24,684 nucleotides of DNA from a virus (IMGVR_UViG_3300027780_000065:1-24684); one strand, 5' to 3'. Counted from the stretch's first letter, positions 1 to 9,234 are shown. Made by a program: numbers and translations. The notes: generated from the sequence alone by a model not told the origin.

Positions 1-114
1 AGGACTAGCGCAGGTTCTAAGGCTGACACAGTAAGCTTAAAGCCTACTAGAGTGGCCTTAGCTGACTTTGCAGAAGATCAAGATGATGAAGAATGTTTAA
101 GTTGCCAAGGATAA
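1..114 (+). CDS. nrdA: Ribonucleotide reductase class I alpha subunit, C-terminal end (partial)
   Basis: Frame 1 reads RTSAGSKADTVSLKPTRVALADFAEDQDDEECLSCQG*. An acidic tail ending in a C-terminal CxxC pair is typical of NrdA, and nrdB lies downstream. Not in the ORF track. Confidence 0.85.
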   Translation, partial: RTSAGSKADTVSLKPTRVALADFAEDQDDEECLSCQG

Positions 115-148
115 CAACTAATTGTTTCTTATAGTTTACTTTGTATCG

Positions 149-212
149 TAAAGTATACATTACAGTATACATATTTAAAGTAAAGTGTACATTACAGTAT
201 ACATATTTAAAG
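149..212. repeat. Tandem direct repeat, 2 x 32 bp
   Basis: 149-180 TAAAGTATACATTACAGTATACATATTTAAAG and 181-212 TAAAGTGTACATTACAGTATACATATTTAAAG, one mismatch. Confidence 0.95.
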
Positions 213-222
213 GATAAGAGTT

Positions 223-366
223 GTGAGCCGTACAAAACGTAAACCAAAGACAGGGGCTAAAGCAGTATCACACCAATGTAGAAACAATGGAGAATGTGAC
301 TATTGTAAGAGTAATAAATTACATAAGCACAGACGAAACGAAAGTATGACTAAGGAACATGAATGA
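223..366 (+). CDS. Small basic Cys/His-rich protein (47 aa), putative metal-binding
   Basis: GTG start after AAGGA. Reads MSRTKRKPKTGAKAVSHQCRNNGECDYCKSNKLHKHRRNESMTKEHE*. The stop overlaps the nrdB start (ATGA). Not in the ORF track. Confidence 0.7.
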   Translation: MSRTKRKPKTGAKAVSHQCRNNGECDYCKSNKLHKHRRNESMTKEHE

Positions 367-1316
367 GTTTATTAACAGTATCACCAGCATATAAGCCCTT
401 TAACTACTCAAGCTTTGTGGAGCAAGCCATTGAGCATGATAAGTTAGCTTGGGGTGAGTGGGAGTGTGACCTACAGGAAGATGTAACACAATGGAAGTCA
501 GGTAAGATCAGCAACGAAGAGAAGAACTTTATCACTCAGATACTCAGGCTATTCACACAGTCTGATGTTATCGTAGGTGGTTCTTACGTAGATGTGTTCC
601 TACCTCGCATTAAGAACAATGAAGCACGTATGATGATGTTATCGTTTGCACAGCGAGAGACTATCCATATGCGCTCCTACGCCCTGCTTAACGATACCCT
701 AGGCTTCCCTGAGGCTGAGTACACAGCGTTCCTTGAGTATGACGCTATGGCTGAGAAGCTTGAGTTTATGCAGACCTTTGACCCAGACACTAAAGCAGGA
801 TTAGCTAAGGCACTAGCGCAGACTGTTTGTAATGAGGGCATGAGCTTATTCTCAGCCTTTGTAATGCTCTTGAACTTCCAACGCTTTGGTAAGCTTAAGG
901 GTATGTGTGAGATTGTAGAGTGGAGTATACGGGACGAGACTATTCATGTCGCAGGTATGACAGAATTGTTTCGTACTTTTATTAATGAGAATCCAGAGGT
1001 GGTCGATGATAAGTTTAAACTATCTATCTATGAAATGTACAGGACTGCTGTCGAGCTTGAGGACAAGGTTATTGATCTGGCGTTTGAACTGGGAGGTGTG
1101 GAAGGTCTTACGGCTAGTGAAGTCAAAGAGTACATCAGATACATTGCCGACAGACGATTAGTTAACCTAGGTCTTAAGCCTAATTGGGACGTACAGGAGA
1201 ATCCTCTTCCGTGGCTTGATTGGGTACTTAATGGTGACAGCTTCAAGAACTTCTTTGAGGGTCGTGTGACGGACTATAGCGCAGACGGAATGTCTGGTGA
1301 ATCGTGGGGGTGGTAA
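363..1316 (+). CDS. nrdB: Ribonucleotide reductase class Ia beta subunit
   Basis: Ferritin-like di-iron motifs FTQSD, ETIHMRSY (radical Tyr), EGMSLFSAF and RDETIH; C-terminal NFFEGRVTDY. Confidence 0.96.
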   Translation: MSLLTVSPAYKPFNYSSFVEQAIEHDKLAWGEWECDLQEDVTQWKSGKISNEEKNFITQILRLFTQSDVIVGGSYVDVFLPRIKNNEARMMMLSFAQRETIHMRSYALLNDTLGFPEAEYTAFLEYDAMAEKLEFMQTFDPDTKAGLAKALAQTVCNEGMSLFSAFVMLLNFQRFGKLKGMCEIVEWSIRDETIHVAGMTELFRTFINENPEVVDDKFKLSIYEMYRTAVELEDKVIDLAFELGGVEGLTASEVKEYIRYIADRRLVNLGLKPNWDVQENPLPWLDWVLNGDSFKNFFEGRVTDYSADGMSGESWGW

Positions 1317-1317
1317 C

Positions 1318-1539
1318 ATGAGTGTACAGTTAAATGACCTTGTAGACATAGAGCAGATTACAGTGATTTGCTTAGGGCAGTTCCACAGTGATCTTAAGGA
1401 AGAAATGGAGTTTGGAGATAAGGACGATGTACCAGAAGTGTTACGTTTAATCATAGCCATTGAGACTATCTTTAAGGAGATTATGCGGCCTGAGGATTAC
1501 TTTGCATGGAAGACTAACACAGGGTTTGACATTCATTAA
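1318..1539 (+). CDS. Hypothetical acidic protein (73 aa)
   Basis: Start reassigned from 1297 to the ATG at 1318, directly after the nrdB stop and downstream of GGGGGTGG. Last gene before the terminator. Confidence 0.65.
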   Translation: MSVQLNDLVDIEQITVICLGQFHSDLKEEMEFGDKDDVPEVLRLIIAIETIFKEIMRPEDYFAWKTNTGFDIH

Positions 1540-1551
1540 ATCGTAGGTATT

Positions 1552-1590
1552 AAAAAGCCCTACTTAAGGAGACTTAGGTAGGGCTTTTTT
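1552..1590. terminator. Bidirectional rho-independent terminator between the convergent arms
   Basis: AAAAAGCCCTACTTAAG-GAGA-CTTAGGTAGGGCTTTTTT: long stem with one G-U pair, A-tract on the left and T-tract on the right. Lies between stops at 1539 (+) and 1602 (-). Confidence 0.93.
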
Positions 1591-1601
1591 GTGCTTAGGT
1601 T

Positions 1602-3590
1602 TTACTTATCTTCTTTGTTATCTATGAAAGAGCCAGCACCTAAGTAGTTACCCCCTAATTGACGATAATCAGCTTCCTCAGGCTTTACTTTACCTGCAAC
1701 ACTTTCTATAACGTCCATCCTTTGCTGTGTTGTAGCATTAACATTATTAAATCGTTTAACAGGAGGTACACCATACTTAGCCTCAAGTGCCTCAGACCCT
1801 TTCAATATAGGGTTGACATAGTTAGGGTCATTAACTGAATAACCTTTAGGTTTTTTTGTGTCTTTAATTAAATCATCTAACGAGCCTGTCAAAGGAGGAA
1901 AAACAGTGAGTAAGTCTGCACCACCTACAGGTTTAACCCCTAACATATCAGAAGCGTCAGAAGCTGCGAGTGTATAAGAGTTTTGTCTAGTTGATAGGGC
2001 AGCCCAATGGTTCATACCTCCCAGTTCTTTTGCTTGTGATTTATGACTACCTGAGAAATACCATACTCCTTCTTGGGCATCGTATTTTGCAGGAGGTAGA
2101 TCATCAATCTGTTTGTTTAAAACATCAAAACTTTCTTGTTGTGTTTTTGATAAAGATTTACCATCAGCAAGCATATCATTATACTTTACATATTTACGTA
2201 CACTTTTTGTAGGACTTTTGGCGCCTCTTAGACGCATGACATCTCCCATTAACTGAGTATCTAATAAATGGTTAGGTTTTAATTCATTAGCCAGTACACC
2301 TAAAAATCGACTAACGTCTGCCTTATCAGTTATTAACTCATGGCCCATATTAGGGTGGTGATCAACAGGGTTCTTAACTAATATTTGAACATTATCAGTA
2401 TTTCCCTTTAATCCCCAAGCTTCTACTAAATGCTTTTGAAAAGCATCTTCTATAGCAGCACTAGGAGGACGAGCATTACGAGCAACGCCAGAATCCCACA
2501 CACCTTGCATACCCGAACCACCTAATGTTCCAAAGGACATTACCTGAGGGCCAAATAATTCTTTAACTAAAGGACTATTTGTTCCTGTTTGTTTGTCCAT
2601 TAAACCTTGGTAAGCTTCGGAACCTGCTTGAAAACTAGGCGCTTCTTTAGCAAGCTTAAGTATTTTGTCTTTATTTTTAAAATGAGGTTTAAGTTCTTCA
2701 CCTAAAGCAGTCTTTTTATTGTAAGCTATTTTTAGTTTATTTTTTGCTGATTTAACTCCAGCAGGTGTTTTGGCGTTAGCTACCTGTTCTTTTAATTTAG
2801 TGACCTGTGTGCCTAGTTTATCAAAGTCATTGAATTTATTACCTAGACCTAAAGCCTGTAAGTGCCTTACGTTCTGTTGTAACATTCCTTCTGATATACC
2901 TGTCTGCCTTAAGGTTGCTAAAGATTGTGGTGTAAAAAGTTCTTTAATTGACCTACCTACTGCAACAGCACCTGCTTGAGCCACACCCGTAAGTTTAGCC
3001 AGTGGATTACCACTATAGAAACCTTCTAGCTTAGTATCAGTATTACGGGCAACTTGATTTATTGTGTTACCAGAAAATAATTGTTTTCCTTTACCACCTG
3101 TAAATAGACCTAATCCCGTTTCAACAGCATTGCTTGCCATTCTGTAAGCATCGGGAAACTTTTCAGATAGGTAAGAATCCACAGGAGTTGACGTAGGTAT
3201 CTTTTGCATCACAGCGCTCATAGCATTGCCCATAGGCTCTGTTATTACGTCAGGGATGGGTATAGACATTGCTGTACCAAATACGTCACCTACGCCTCCT
3301 ACAGTGTTTTTAGCAGCAGTAAGGCCTACATCAAGTGCGCTACGATCTCCACTTGAATAAGCGGAGGTAGCTTTGTCAATATCGGCTTGACGAGAGCTTA
3401 AGGAAGTGTTAAGTTTTCCCCACTCTTCCTTTACTTCATCACTCGCCATCCTACCAGCTTGGGCAAGTACAAGGTTTTGCATAGATGAACCCATTTCTTC
3501 ATTTTCAGAAGCACTTGGCCCTTGACCTTCTATATTATACCCTAACCAATCTAAAGTATTGTACATTCTATTGTTCCCTCTACTGTCCAT
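1602..3590 (-). CDS. Large hypothetical protein, probable internal virion/ejection protein
   Basis: 662-aa ORF, last gene of the structural arm, where podoviruses encode ejected core proteins. The true start may be the ATG at 3566, which has GAGGG upstream. Confidence 0.55.
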   Translation of the reverse strand: MDSRGNNRMYNTLDWLGYNIEGQGPSASENEEMGSSMQNLVLAQAGRMASDEVKEEWGKLNTSLSSRQADIDKATSAYSSGDRSALDVGLTAAKNTVGGVGDVFGTAMSIPIPDVITEPMGNAMSAVMQKIPTSTPVDSYLSEKFPDAYRMASNAVETGLGLFTGGKGKQLFSGNTINQVARNTDTKLEGFYSGNPLAKLTGVAQAGAVAVGRSIKELFTPQSLATLRQTGISEGMLQQNVRHLQALGLGNKFNDFDKLGTQVTKLKEQVANAKTPAGVKSAKNKLKIAYNKKTALGEELKPHFKNKDKILKLAKEAPSFQAGSEAYQGLMDKQTGTNSPLVKELFGPQVMSFGTLGGSGMQGVWDSGVARNARPPSAAIEDAFQKHLVEAWGLKGNTDNVQILVKNPVDHHPNMGHELITDKADVSRFLGVLANELKPNHLLDTQLMGDVMRLRGAKSPTKSVRKYVKYNDMLADGKSLSKTQQESFDVLNKQIDDLPPAKYDAQEGVWYFSGSHKSQAKELGGMNHWAALSTRQNSYTLAASDASDMLGVKPVGGADLLTVFPPLTGSLDDLIKDTKKPKGYSVNDPNYVNPILKGSEALEAKYGVPPVKRFNNVNATTQQRMDVIESVAGKVKPEEADYRQLGGNYLGAGSFIDNKEDK

Positions 3591-3599
3591 AACTGTAGA

Positions 3600-5408
3600 T
3601 TATTGATTAGCTGCACCTTTAAGTGGAGGACGTTCAGCGTTTTTCTCAAGGTCTGATAGTAGACCAATAACAATCAAACGATCAGCTTTAAGTTGCTTAA
3701 GTAAAGCAGTGTCTTTAGTTGTTTTAATTAAAGCAGCAGTACCTGTTAGTAAGCTACCTAACCCTTGCCTTAGCTTTGGGCCTGTCAGGACATCATAACC
3801 AATAACACCTGCGGTTGCGGCAGCAATACCACCTAAAGCATAAGCTGCATTACCACTACTCACCCAGTACGCCATTCCTCCACCTAAGGCACGTAAAGCC
3901 ATAGGTGTTTTAGGTATGCTAATGTTACCACCAGTTACTTTTTGCCATAATCTACCTACAGCATTACGTGATTCATTTATAGCTTTATCACCTGTAACGT
4001 CCCAAGCCTTATAAAGTTTATGTTGCTTGTCCAGTAAATCCTTGACTTTAACATCAGGGACTGCACTCGCCACAGCTTCATTCATAATAGTTCTTATCTC
4101 TGACACAGCAACTGCTTTACTGTTTATGTACTCTTGAGTTAAAGATTTAGGCTGATGCTTATTTATAAACTTATCTAGTTGTTTACGGGCATCTAATAAA
4201 CCTGCGGCAGTACCATCTGATTCTTTCACTAAACGAATAGCTGTTGTCATTAGATCAGTAGCAAACTTAGGAGTGCCTCCTGCTAAACCAAAACCAATGC
4301 TTTCGGGGAAGTTATCCATAGAATCTTGTAGTTGTTGTACTACATCAACATTTAATGGAGGGTTACCTGCTTTACCAATATCTGCTTTTAACTTCTCAGC
4401 GGTACTTGTTATTTCATCATAAATAGCATTACGAGAGCCAGTGAAACTACCATTAGGTTTTAACTTAGGAACCATTGCCGTAATATCAATTATTTCGTCA
4501 GCTTGTTCAGTGAAATTAGGCTTGATAGTATTAAGCATACCCTCTGTACGAGTAGGCGACATAGTAGTAGTCATGTCACTTGTCTCAGGATGGATAGGTG
4601 AAAGCATATCAGACACATTTTCCCTTCTATTCTTCCATGTGCTTTTAGCCGCTGACGACTTCATGCCGCTACCTACAGCATCTAAACCAGCTTCAATTTT
4701 AGTGTTTGTACCTAAAGAAGCAATGCTAAATACATTCTTTATCATCCTATCGTAATGAGGATATTCTTTAGCCATTGCTAGATACTTAGGGTAATTTTCT
4801 TTAGCAAGCTCTATCATCTCTTGAACTGTGGGTAGTTCTGCTATAGCTTGACCTATGTCAATTACAGCATTAACTGTAGGGTTCTCTATGACATCAGGTG
4901 TTACATTACTAAGAACTTTACCAGCTATCTTAACCCCTTCAATCATTACGTCACCAGCAGCAGGAATGATAGCCTCACCTAGGTTTGCAACAGCTAACTC
5001 TTGCACATTCTGAGGCCTAGCATCCTGTGAATAATGAGATTCAATAGGGTCACGTGAACCTAACAGTGACTGAGTAGCGGCTTGATCTGGTGACATAGTA
5101 CCAGCTTCTACCTGAGGCCTTAAGGTTTCTGCTTTATCCTGTACGGCTGTTTGAAACTCTTGCTGGTTAGTGTCCATAACTTTACCAGCATTAGCAAAAG
5201 AACTTTGGATATTTGCACCTGCTTCCGCTTGCATCTCACCATAGTCATACTGTTGAGCAGTGTACCTAGGTTCCTCAACTTCTGCCACTTGTCCCTCAGT
5301 TTCTAATTTCTCCAATTCTGCGACAATAGCGTCAATTTCATCCGCAGGAGCACCAGCAGACTGTGCTGCCGTTAAAGCAGTAAGTAACTGATCTTGTGTA
5401 TATAACAT
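3600..5408 (-). CDS. Probable internal virion/ejection protein with C-terminal hydrophobic segment
   Basis: 602 aa, helical, with a Gly/Ala-rich hydrophobic stretch near the C-terminus (LGGGMAYW...ALGGIAAATAGVIGY). TAATG-coupled to the upstream gene. Confidence 0.6.
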   Translation of the reverse strand: MLYTQDQLLTALTAAQSAGAPADEIDAIVAELEKLETEGQVAEVEEPRYTAQQYDYGEMQAEAGANIQSSFANAGKVMDTNQQEFQTAVQDKAETLRPQVEAGTMSPDQAATQSLLGSRDPIESHYSQDARPQNVQELAVANLGEAIIPAAGDVMIEGVKIAGKVLSNVTPDVIENPTVNAVIDIGQAIAELPTVQEMIELAKENYPKYLAMAKEYPHYDRMIKNVFSIASLGTNTKIEAGLDAVGSGMKSSAAKSTWKNRRENVSDMLSPIHPETSDMTTTMSPTRTEGMLNTIKPNFTEQADEIIDITAMVPKLKPNGSFTGSRNAIYDEITSTAEKLKADIGKAGNPPLNVDVVQQLQDSMDNFPESIGFGLAGGTPKFATDLMTTAIRLVKESDGTAAGLLDARKQLDKFINKHQPKSLTQEYINSKAVAVSEIRTIMNEAVASAVPDVKVKDLLDKQHKLYKAWDVTGDKAINESRNAVGRLWQKVTGGNISIPKTPMALRALGGGMAYWVSSGNAAYALGGIAAATAGVIGYDVLTGPKLRQGLGSLLTGTAALIKTTKDTALLKQLKADRLIVIGLLSDLEKNAERPPLKGAANQ

Positions 5409-6880
5409 TATCGCGCCCCTAATTGTCTAGTGCTAAGTTGTTGTGATGCGAGTGTTAACCATTTATTAACTACTGATTGTTGCTTAGTTGTGCTTGCACG
5501 ATCAGCAGGTTCTTCAAGGAAGAAAGATAGTGCTGTTTTTTGTTTCTTTTCATCAGTTGCATCAGTACGATCTACCATACGTTGAACAACCTTATTATGT
5601 TCTCTAATTAAATTAACATATCCCCTGCGTTCAATTTCTAAAATTTTCCTTATGGCTAAAGGAGTCATGTCTACGTTACCCGCTGCCATTTGAGTAGCGT
5701 ATTCCCTGTCCTTATCAGATAGACCTGTACCAGCACCAAAGGCTTTGATTATGTTAGCTACAGCGTTACCACGATAAGCTAAATAAGTTTCAGTATTAGC
5801 AGTTATTTCGGTGGCTTCTTCACTTGATAATCCTATTGCTTCTAAACTCTTAGCAATACCTAAACGCATTTCACCAAACTTTCCTGCTATAATGCCCTTA
5901 TCAAAAATGTCCATAGATTGATCATTAATATAAATACCATTTATAGCTGAGTTAGCTTTTTCATTTAAATCACCATAGTTCTTTACTTCTGCGCCTACTA
6001 AAGCTTTAGTTATTTCATCTAACATAGGAACTACTTCTTGTGTTTGCCTAGGTGCAGCCGATAAACCTAATTCACTAGGATACATCCAAGAATTTGTAGC
6101 TAGGTTCCAGACCTTACCTTGCTTATCTACACGATATATTTGAGTACGTCCGTCAGCGTTCTTGTAGTTTACTAACTCAGCTTCTTTTCCTTCTAATGCT
6201 TTAATAAACATATCATCAGAGACATTATCATGCTTACCCGCTAAAACTTCTTTTACGTAATCTTCACTTTTTCCATGCTGTCTTGCTAACTGCGCACGTG
6301 TCTTACGATTGCCTCCTTGAAGCATAGTAACTTTTTCTTGCTCTGCTATGACTGAGGCAGCCTCGTCCATGTCACTACCTGATTCTAAATCAGCAGCAGT
6401 ATACGTAAGGCCAAGCTTATTAGCGGATTCAATTAAGCGTTCTCTACGGGCTTGTTCCTTAGTCTCTAAAGCTAGTTTAGCTGCGTCTTCTTTCTTTTGT
6501 GTAAAACCTGCTTGTGCTTGATCAAACAACTGTTTACCTGACTCTATATAGCCCATTTGAATTAATTTATTAGATAATTCTAATTGGTGTTCTGGGCTTG
6601 ATCCTGTATATGCAGAACCAAACTTAGCTTGCATTTCTTCCTGTTGTGCAATATCAGCTTTACGTTCAGCCATTATTTTATCTTCACCGCCCATAGAGTC
6701 ACCTAAGGCACGACCTAAGGCAGAACCTAAGAAACTAACGGCACGTGCTTTAGCAGGGTCACGTGCGCCCTGTGCAGCATTAGTCATTAATGTCTGTTGT
6801 AGGTCAGTAGCTCTTTTGTTACGCTGTTGTAACAATTCATCGACTGAGGGTAGTTGTGTAAATAAACCTTGTTGTGCCAT
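5408..6880 (-). CDS. Probable internal virion/ejection protein
   Basis: Gln/Ala-rich helical N-terminus with a Gly-rich segment (LGSALGRALG). Start reassigned to 6880 (MAQQGLF), which has GGAGG upstream. Confidence 0.6.
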   Translation of the reverse strand: MAQQGLFTQLPSVDELLQQRNKRATDLQQTLMTNAAQGARDPAKARAVSFLGSALGRALGDSMGGEDKIMAERKADIAQQEEMQAKFGSAYTGSSPEHQLELSNKLIQMGYIESGKQLFDQAQAGFTQKKEDAAKLALETKEQARRERLIESANKLGLTYTAADLESGSDMDEAASVIAEQEKVTMLQGGNRKTRAQLARQHGKSEDYVKEVLAGKHDNVSDDMFIKALEGKEAELVNYKNADGRTQIYRVDKQGKVWNLATNSWMYPSELGLSAAPRQTQEVVPMLDEITKALVGAEVKNYGDLNEKANSAINGIYINDQSMDIFDKGIIAGKFGEMRLGIAKSLEAIGLSSEEATEITANTETYLAYRGNAVANIIKAFGAGTGLSDKDREYATQMAAGNVDMTPLAIRKILEIERRGYVNLIREHNKVVQRMVDRTDATDEKKQKTALSFFLEEPADRASTTKQQSVVNKWLTLASQQLSTRQLGAR

Positions 6881-6881
6881 G

Positions 6882-8447
6882 TTATGAACCTCCAAATATG
6901 CCTGATAACCAACCACTGCCGCCTGTAGTGCCTAAGAATGAAGAACCTAAGCTAGTAAGACCTGAGAGCCAAGGGTCTGGCTGATAGTTGTAGTTGTTAG
7001 CTTGAGCTTGTCCTGTAATACGTGCTGTTTCATTGCCATATTTACCTAGCTCGTAGTTCTGATCTAAGCCTTGCTGTTGTTGCTGTTGTGCTATTAATTG
7101 ATTACGTACTTGAGGTTCAAGCATACTAGCGGTAAGCATACCTTGACCAGTACCCATAAGGTTAGCATAACGCTGTTGGTCAGTCATTTGATTAGTATTA
7201 AACTGATTCAAGTTAAGACCCGCACGTTGGACTTCTTGACCAAAGGCATCTTGAGTAGATTGTGCGGATAACCCTGCTAAAGCCTGAGACTGTGCAGCGT
7301 TCATACCAAACATATCAGGATTCATCATGCCTGAGTCTTCACCAGCACCTAAGCCCTCACCAGATAACTGTAGGCCTATACGACCTAAGCCTTGCATCTG
7401 TTCTAAGTTTTTAGCACGTTGCTGTGCAAAGGCTGGCTCAAGTAATGAAGAACGCTCATTGAATAAGTCAAGACCTGCTTGTTGTGGGTCAAAGTTATAA
7501 TTAAACTGATCAGCAGACTGTAGTGCATCCTGACCCGCTACGTTAAACATTCCTTGACCTTGTTGTGCCATGTCACTTAAGCCAGCGTAAGGGTCTGAGT
7601 TACCCGTTCCTGATCTAAAGGTAATAGGCTTGAATGTGCCTCCTGTAGGCTGGTAGTTTCTTGTTCCTCCTATGTCTGGCTGTGGTAATTGACCACCAAG
7701 AAAAGAGTTCATCATGTTACCACCGCCTCCTCCTGCGTTACCCATACCAGCCTGACCTCCAAAAGCACCCTCAGGACTCATAAACTGCTTCTGTCCTTGT
7801 GTCATACTATTCCACTGTTGGTCACTAAAGTTACTAGGCTTCTGAGGGCCAGTGTAACTGTTAGGTGCTGCTTGATTTTGTTTTACAATATTACGTGCAT
7901 AATTAACTTGATCTTGTAATGAACCTATGTTAGCTTTCTGAGTAGGGTCTAAGCCATCAAAAATAGCTTGAGAAGCTGGACTCATTCCGTATCTAGTCTG
8001 ATCTGCAAAAGACTGTATAAAGGGTGAGAAGGGAGTACCAGCCATTTGCATCCAACCACCAGCAGTGTTAGGTAGCTGAGGCGTAAAGTTTTGACCCATT
8101 ATAGCTGCATCGGCTCTTGACATGTCTGTTTGTTGACCACCATAAGTGCTGCGATCATCTACAGGTACGTTATTAGAATACTTTTGCATTTCCTGAGCAC
8201 GACTTATAGCTAGGTTAGCTTGAGCACGTTCTTGAGCTACTCGTTGTTGACGTTGTGCTTCTACTGCCGCTGCTTGTTGTCTAGCGGCTTCTTGTTTTTG
8301 ACCTAATGCAACCCTAGCTGCTTCTAACTGTGCCGCTGCTGCTCTACCATCACCATTACCTCGATCATTAGCATTTCTACCTCCATTGTATTCGTTAACA
8401 CGTGACTGCGTATTCTTATTACCATATCCGTCATCTATACTCGGCAT
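6882..8447 (-). CDS. Probable DNA pilot/ejection protein, Q/G/N-rich
   Basis: Low-complexity Gln/Gly/Asn/Met-rich protein with a Gly-rich amphipathic C-terminus (WLSGLTSLGSSFLG...WLSGIFGGS). Start reassigned to 8447 (AGAGGA RBS, TAATG coupling). Confidence 0.55.
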   Translation of the reverse strand: MPSIDDGYGNKNTQSRVNEYNGGRNANDRGNGDGRAAAAQLEAARVALGQKQEAARQQAAAVEAQRQQRVAQERAQANLAISRAQEMQKYSNNVPVDDRSTYGGQQTDMSRADAAIMGQNFTPQLPNTAGGWMQMAGTPFSPFIQSFADQTRYGMSPASQAIFDGLDPTQKANIGSLQDQVNYARNIVKQNQAAPNSYTGPQKPSNFSDQQWNSMTQGQKQFMSPEGAFGGQAGMGNAGGGGGNMMNSFLGGQLPQPDIGGTRNYQPTGGTFKPITFRSGTGNSDPYAGLSDMAQQGQGMFNVAGQDALQSADQFNYNFDPQQAGLDLFNERSSLLEPAFAQQRAKNLEQMQGLGRIGLQLSGEGLGAGEDSGMMNPDMFGMNAAQSQALAGLSAQSTQDAFGQEVQRAGLNLNQFNTNQMTDQQRYANLMGTGQGMLTASMLEPQVRNQLIAQQQQQQGLDQNYELGKYGNETARITGQAQANNYNYQPDPWLSGLTSLGSSFLGTTGGSGWLSGIFGGS

Positions 8448-9232
8448 TATGCTGTCCTCTTCCAAAAGTATACGACAATATACGGCTGTACAATATCGTG
8501 TGAGTGGGCTGCTCCACCGCCTTCATAATCTAGCTCAGTCTGCCTAGGGTATGAAGTAGGCTGACCTGCTGCAACAGAGTCACTAGAACCATCTGGGTTG
8601 CCGTTGCCTTGTATTCCTGTGTACCCATGAACGTGACTAGGTATTTCATTAAGTGTAAGCGTATGTTCATCTGTCTTAGTACCGCCTACTTCCTCTACTG
8701 TATTGAAGTCACTGTCACTTGCATTGATACCCACTAAGACACGACCAGCACCAAAGGCTGCCCAAGTACCTACGCCAAGTAAGCTGTTAGGGTTAGTTGC
8801 GACTACTGATGTGTACACAGAGCCTACAGGATACGCTAGACCATTAATAGTTGCTGCTGTGGGCGTAGCGGCCTGTACAAAGGCTGTAGTAGCTAACTGT
8901 GTAGTATTAGTGCCAGCAGCCGCTGTAGGAGCCGCAGGGACGCCTGTGAACGTAGGGGCGTCTATGGGTGCCTTAGCTACAACACCAGCCACTATAGCAG
9001 CCTGTGTGAACGCTGTGGTGGCTATCTGTGTGCTGTTCGTTGCTGTAGCGGGTGTAGGTGCCGCTGGTATGCCTGTTAACGTAGGCGCACTTAGATTAGC
9101 TTTAGTAGCTACAGACGTTTGTATGTTTGTAAACTCGTCATCAATCTCAGTACCACTGACAGTCTTGAGTGCGTTACCTGTAGGTAAGGCGTCCTTTGAT
9201 GCAAAGTTAGTTGCTTTAGTATAATTAGACAT
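8447..9232 (-). CDS. Short tail fibre with fibre repeats and T4 gp10-C-like/collar domain
   Basis: Two APTxTGxPAAPT...TNxTQxATTAF repeats, then YPVGSVY...NP...GTW..FGAGRVLVG...HTLT.NEIPSH.H...QPYIVVYFWKRTA. Follows the nozzle gene. Confidence 0.8.
   Translation of the reverse strand: MSNYTKATNFASKDALPTGNALKTVSGTEIDDEFTNIQTSVATKANLSAPTLTGIPAAPTPATATNSTQIATTAFTQAAIVAGVVAKAPIDAPTFTGVPAAPTAAAGTNTTQLATTAFVQAATPTAATINGLAYPVGSVYTSVVATNPNSLLGVGTWAAFGAGRVLVGINASDSDFNTVEEVGGTKTDEHTLTLNEIPSHVHGYTGIQGNGNPDGSSDSVAAGQPTSYPRQTELDYEGGGAAHSHDIVQPYIVVYFWKRTA
8867..9103 (-). repeat. Two ~36-aa tail fibre repeats
   Basis: KANLSAPTLTGIPAAPTPATATNSTQIATTAFTQAA versus KAPIDAPTFTGVPAAPTAAAGTNTTQLATTAFVQAA. Confidence 0.85.
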
Positions 9233-9234
9233 AT

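Noticed and set aside
149-212. CRISPR array, NrdR box or LexA box
   Set aside because: Two directly adjacent copies without spacers; no match to the NrdR consensus or CTGT-N8-ACAG.
47-247. 66-aa minus-strand ORF
   Set aside because: Antisense to the nrdA end and the 47-aa ORF; its repeated MYT residues simply translate the DNA repeat.
115-362. Intron or homing endonuclease between nrdA and nrdB
   Set aside because: The interval is only ~250 bp, both genes have intact ends, and there is no HNH, GIY-YIG or LAGLIDADG ORF.
1028-1460. Minus-strand ORFs 1028-1246 and 1167-1460
   Set aside because: Antisense shadows of nrdB, beyond the terminator that ends the minus arm.
8703-9224. 173-aa plus-strand ORF
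   Set aside because: Antisense shadow of the Ala/Thr-rich fibre gene.
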